Positions 16,389 through 18,364 of a stretch of 18,364 nucleotides of DNA are shown here, in pieces. Made by a program: the position numbers and the translations under genes. The stretch's first letter is position 1. Each line of letters starts with the position of its first letter. The notes under the pieces were generated by a model. The model made no database searches. It had not been told where the DNA came from and saw nothing but the letters and a program-made list of their open reading frames with translations. The stretch comes from Candidatus Krumholzibacteriia bacterium (GTDB lineage Bacteria > Krumholzibacteriota > Krumholzibacteriia > LZORAL124-64-63): the NCBI GenBank assembly GCA_046484865.1, contig JAWOID010000136.1, positions 1 to 18,364 of the forward strand. Direction: 5' to 3'.

Positions 16389-17885
16389 TCAGTCCGGATC
16401 GCTGGCGCGGCTGCGGATCACGTTCCGGTAGTACACGGCGGAGCGCTTGAGTATTCGTTCCTGGGTGGCGTGATCCACGTAGACGATGCCCAGACGCTTG
16501 GCGTACCCCTCGGCCCACTCGAAGTTGTCGAGCAGGGACCAGACGAAGTAGCCCTGCACGTCCACGCCCGCGCGCATGGCCTCGCCCACCGCGGCGATGT
16601 GCGCGCGCAGGTACGCCTCGCGGCGCGGATCCGGCAGCGGGTCGGCCTTGCCCCACCGGGTGGCGGCACCCTCGTGGCCGCCGGAGCCATCGTCCGAGCC
16701 GGCGGCGGAACCGCCGCCGGCATCGTCACCCGTGGAGCCGCCGCGCCGTCCCGGGATCGCCGCCGCCCGGCTCCCCGGCGTCGGATCCGCGAAGGCGGCA
16801 CCGTTCTCGGTGATGTACACGGGCCGGTCGCCGTACCGCTCCTTCACCCAGCGCAGCACCCGCGTGAGGCTGGCCGGGTGCACCTCCCAGTTCATGAGGG
16901 TGTACTCGGCGTCGTCCACGCGCACCTTGGCCGCGCGCTCCGGCACGCCGGCCGGATCGTGCCGCGTGAGGGAGCGGGTGTAGTAGTTCACGCCCAGAAA
17001 GTCGATGGGCTCCTGGATGAGCCCGAAGTCGGCGGGCGGATGCTGTGGCCAGGCGGCTCCGTAGATCCCGGCCAGCTCGTCCGGATACCGGCCCAGGAAG
17101 AGCGGGTCCAGGTAGTGGCGGTTCATGTAGGCGTCGGCGCGGGCGGTGGCGGCCAGGTCCTCCTCCAGGTCGCTGGCCGGGTCCTTGGGCTCCAGGTTGA
17201 CGACGATGCCGATCCGCCCCGCCCCGCCGGCGCGCTCCGCGGCGCCCAGGGCGCGGTACGCCTGCACGGCCAGACCGTGGGCCCGCAGCAGGTTGTGGGC
17301 GGCCTGCGCGGCCGCGGCCAGGTCGCGTCGCCCGGGCGGATGCACACCGTGCACGTACCCGGCGTCCACGATCACCCACGGCTCGTTCAGGGTGGCCCAG
17401 TAGCGCACGCGGTCGCCCAGGCGGCGGCACACGATCTCGGCGTAGTCGGCGAACCAGCCGGCGCTGTCCCGGTGCGCCCAGCCGCCGCGGTCCTCGAGGG
17501 CGGCAGGCAGGTCCCAGTGGAATAGCGTGACGAAGGGCTGCACGCCGGCGCCGAGCAGCGCGTCCACGAGGCGGTCGTAGAAGTCGAGGCCGGGAGCATT
17601 GGCCGGGCCGCGTCCCTCAGGCTGGATGCGGCTCCAGGCGATGCTGAAGCGGTAGGCCTGCAGTTCCAGCGCCCGCATGAGCGCCACGTCCTCGCCCCAG
17701 CGGCGGTAGTGGTCGCAGGCCACGTTGCCGGTGTCGCCCCGAGCGGTGCGGCCGGGCTCGTGGGTGAACCGGTGCCAGTTGCTGGGGCCGGCACCGTCGG
17801 CCAGGGGCGAACCCTCCACCTGGTAGGCCGAAGTGGCGGCGCCCCACAGGAACTCCGCCGGGAACCGCCAGCCTGCCGGATTCAT
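16389..17885 (-). CDS. GH1 beta-glucosidase
   Basis: ATG at 17885 (ATGA overlap, GGAG RBS). FLWGAATSAYQVEG, catalytic TLNEP and YITENG motifs, WSLLDNFEWAEGY. Confidence 0.95.
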   Translation of the reverse strand: MNPAGWRFPAEFLWGAATSAYQVEGSPLADGAGPSNWHRFTHEPGRTARGDTGNVACDHYRRWGEDVALMRALELQAYRFSIAWSRIQPEGRGPANAPGLDFYDRLVDALLGAGVQPFVTLFHWDLPAALEDRGGWAHRDSAGWFADYAEIVCRRLGDRVRYWATLNEPWVIVDAGYVHGVHPPGRRDLAAAAQAAHNLLRAHGLAVQAYRALGAAERAGGAGRIGIVVNLEPKDPASDLEEDLAATARADAYMNRHYLDPLFLGRYPDELAGIYGAAWPQHPPADFGLIQEPIDFLGVNYYTRSLTRHDPAGVPERAAKVRVDDAEYTLMNWEVHPASLTRVLRWVKERYGDRPVYITENGAAFADPTPGSRAAAIPGRRGGSTGDDAGGGSAAGSDDGSGGHEGAATRWGKADPLPDPRREAYLRAHIAAVGEAMRAGVDVQGYFVWSLLDNFEWAEGYAKRLGIVYVDHATQERILKRSAVYYRNVIRSRASDPD

Positions 17886-18223
17886 GATCGTCTCCCCAGC
17901 TCGATCCGGACCTGGTGGCGGGCGCCGTCGCGCGCCACGGGGATGCGCGCCCGGCCGTCGTGCACGGGCAGCTCTGCGCCGTCCAGCAGCACCTTCACCA
18001 CGGCCTCGCCGCAGCCGCTGCCGCTGTCCACCTGGATGTCGTAGACCGCCTCTGTCCCGGGCACCCGCCAGCGGATGCCGAACCCCGGCCACTCGTCCGG
18101 GATGCACGGCGCCAAAACGAGCGTATGGCCCCCTTCCAGACGGAAGCCGAGCACCGACTCCACCGCCACCCGCAGCATCCACCCCGACGAGCCCGTGTAC
18201 CAGGTCCAGCCGCCGCGGCCCAC
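17882..18223 (-). CDS. C-terminal portion of a GH94-family glycosyl phosphorylase / NdvB-like cyclic beta-1,2-glucan protein (5' part missing)
   Basis: GRGGWTWYTGSSGWMLRVAVESVLG...LAPCIPDEWPGF is the conserved GH94 C-terminus. It is cut off at the GC break at ~18224. Confidence 0.85.
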   Translation of the reverse strand: MGRGGWTWYTGSSGWMLRVAVESVLGFRLEGGHTLVLAPCIPDEWPGFGIRWRVPGTEAVYDIQVDSGSGCGEAVVKVLLDGAELPVHDGRARIPVARDGARHQVRIELGRRS

Positions 18224-18247
18224 GAATTTGAATTTGGTTCAAATACA

Positions 18248-18364
18248 ATGGCTGAAGAAAATTTTACAGAAAACGAACTTATTGTAAGGGATTATCTGGC
18301 AAGGCAACGTACGCACCTTGCAAATGACCGCACGCTTTTATCCTATATCAGAACAGCTTTATAC
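18248..18364 (+). CDS. DUF202 (YidH-like) membrane protein, N-terminal part, runs off the window
   Basis: MAEENFTENELIVRDYLARQRTHLANDRTLLSYIRTALY carries the LAN(E/D)RTxLxxxRT motif. AT-rich codon usage. Confidence 0.8.
   Translation, partial: MAEENFTENELIVRDYLARQRTHLANDRTLLSYIRTALY

Noticed and set aside
13635..17525. Very long alternative-frame and antisense ORFs (e.g. 13635-17525, 13216-15498, 5719-7686)
   Set aside because: These are Arg/Gly/Pro-rich shadow ORFs, expected in high-GC DNA overlapping well-supported genes.

Overview
High-GC bacterial DNA in four blocks. (1) 1-3100: a small intact DUF378 membrane protein gene, then a minus-strand run of gene relics. These are a disrupted two-gene nucleotidyltransferase (AbiEii-like) module, a pckA fragment, an MNT nucleotidyltransferase relic and an aprA C-terminal fragment bracketed by strong hairpins. 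(2) 3111-8521, minus strand: an operon of PstS-like binding protein, TPR protein, exbB, exbD, exbD, tonB. (3) 8585-16305, plus strand, divergent from block 2 across only 63 bp: a probable beta-1,2-glucan utilisation operon with a GH144-like glucanase, a sugar ABC binding protein, two permeases and a 1017-aa CBM/F5-8/(alpha/alpha)6 lipoprotein. Converging on it from the minus strand are a GH1 beta-glucosidase and the C-terminus of a GH94/NdvB-like protein. (4) At about 18225 an abrupt switch to ~36% GC DNA encoding the start of a DUF202 protein, most likely a chimeric join. Gene content suggests a GC-rich diderm, possibly FCB-related, but taxonomy cannot be fixed from the sequence alone. All family calls come from motif recognition, not database searches.
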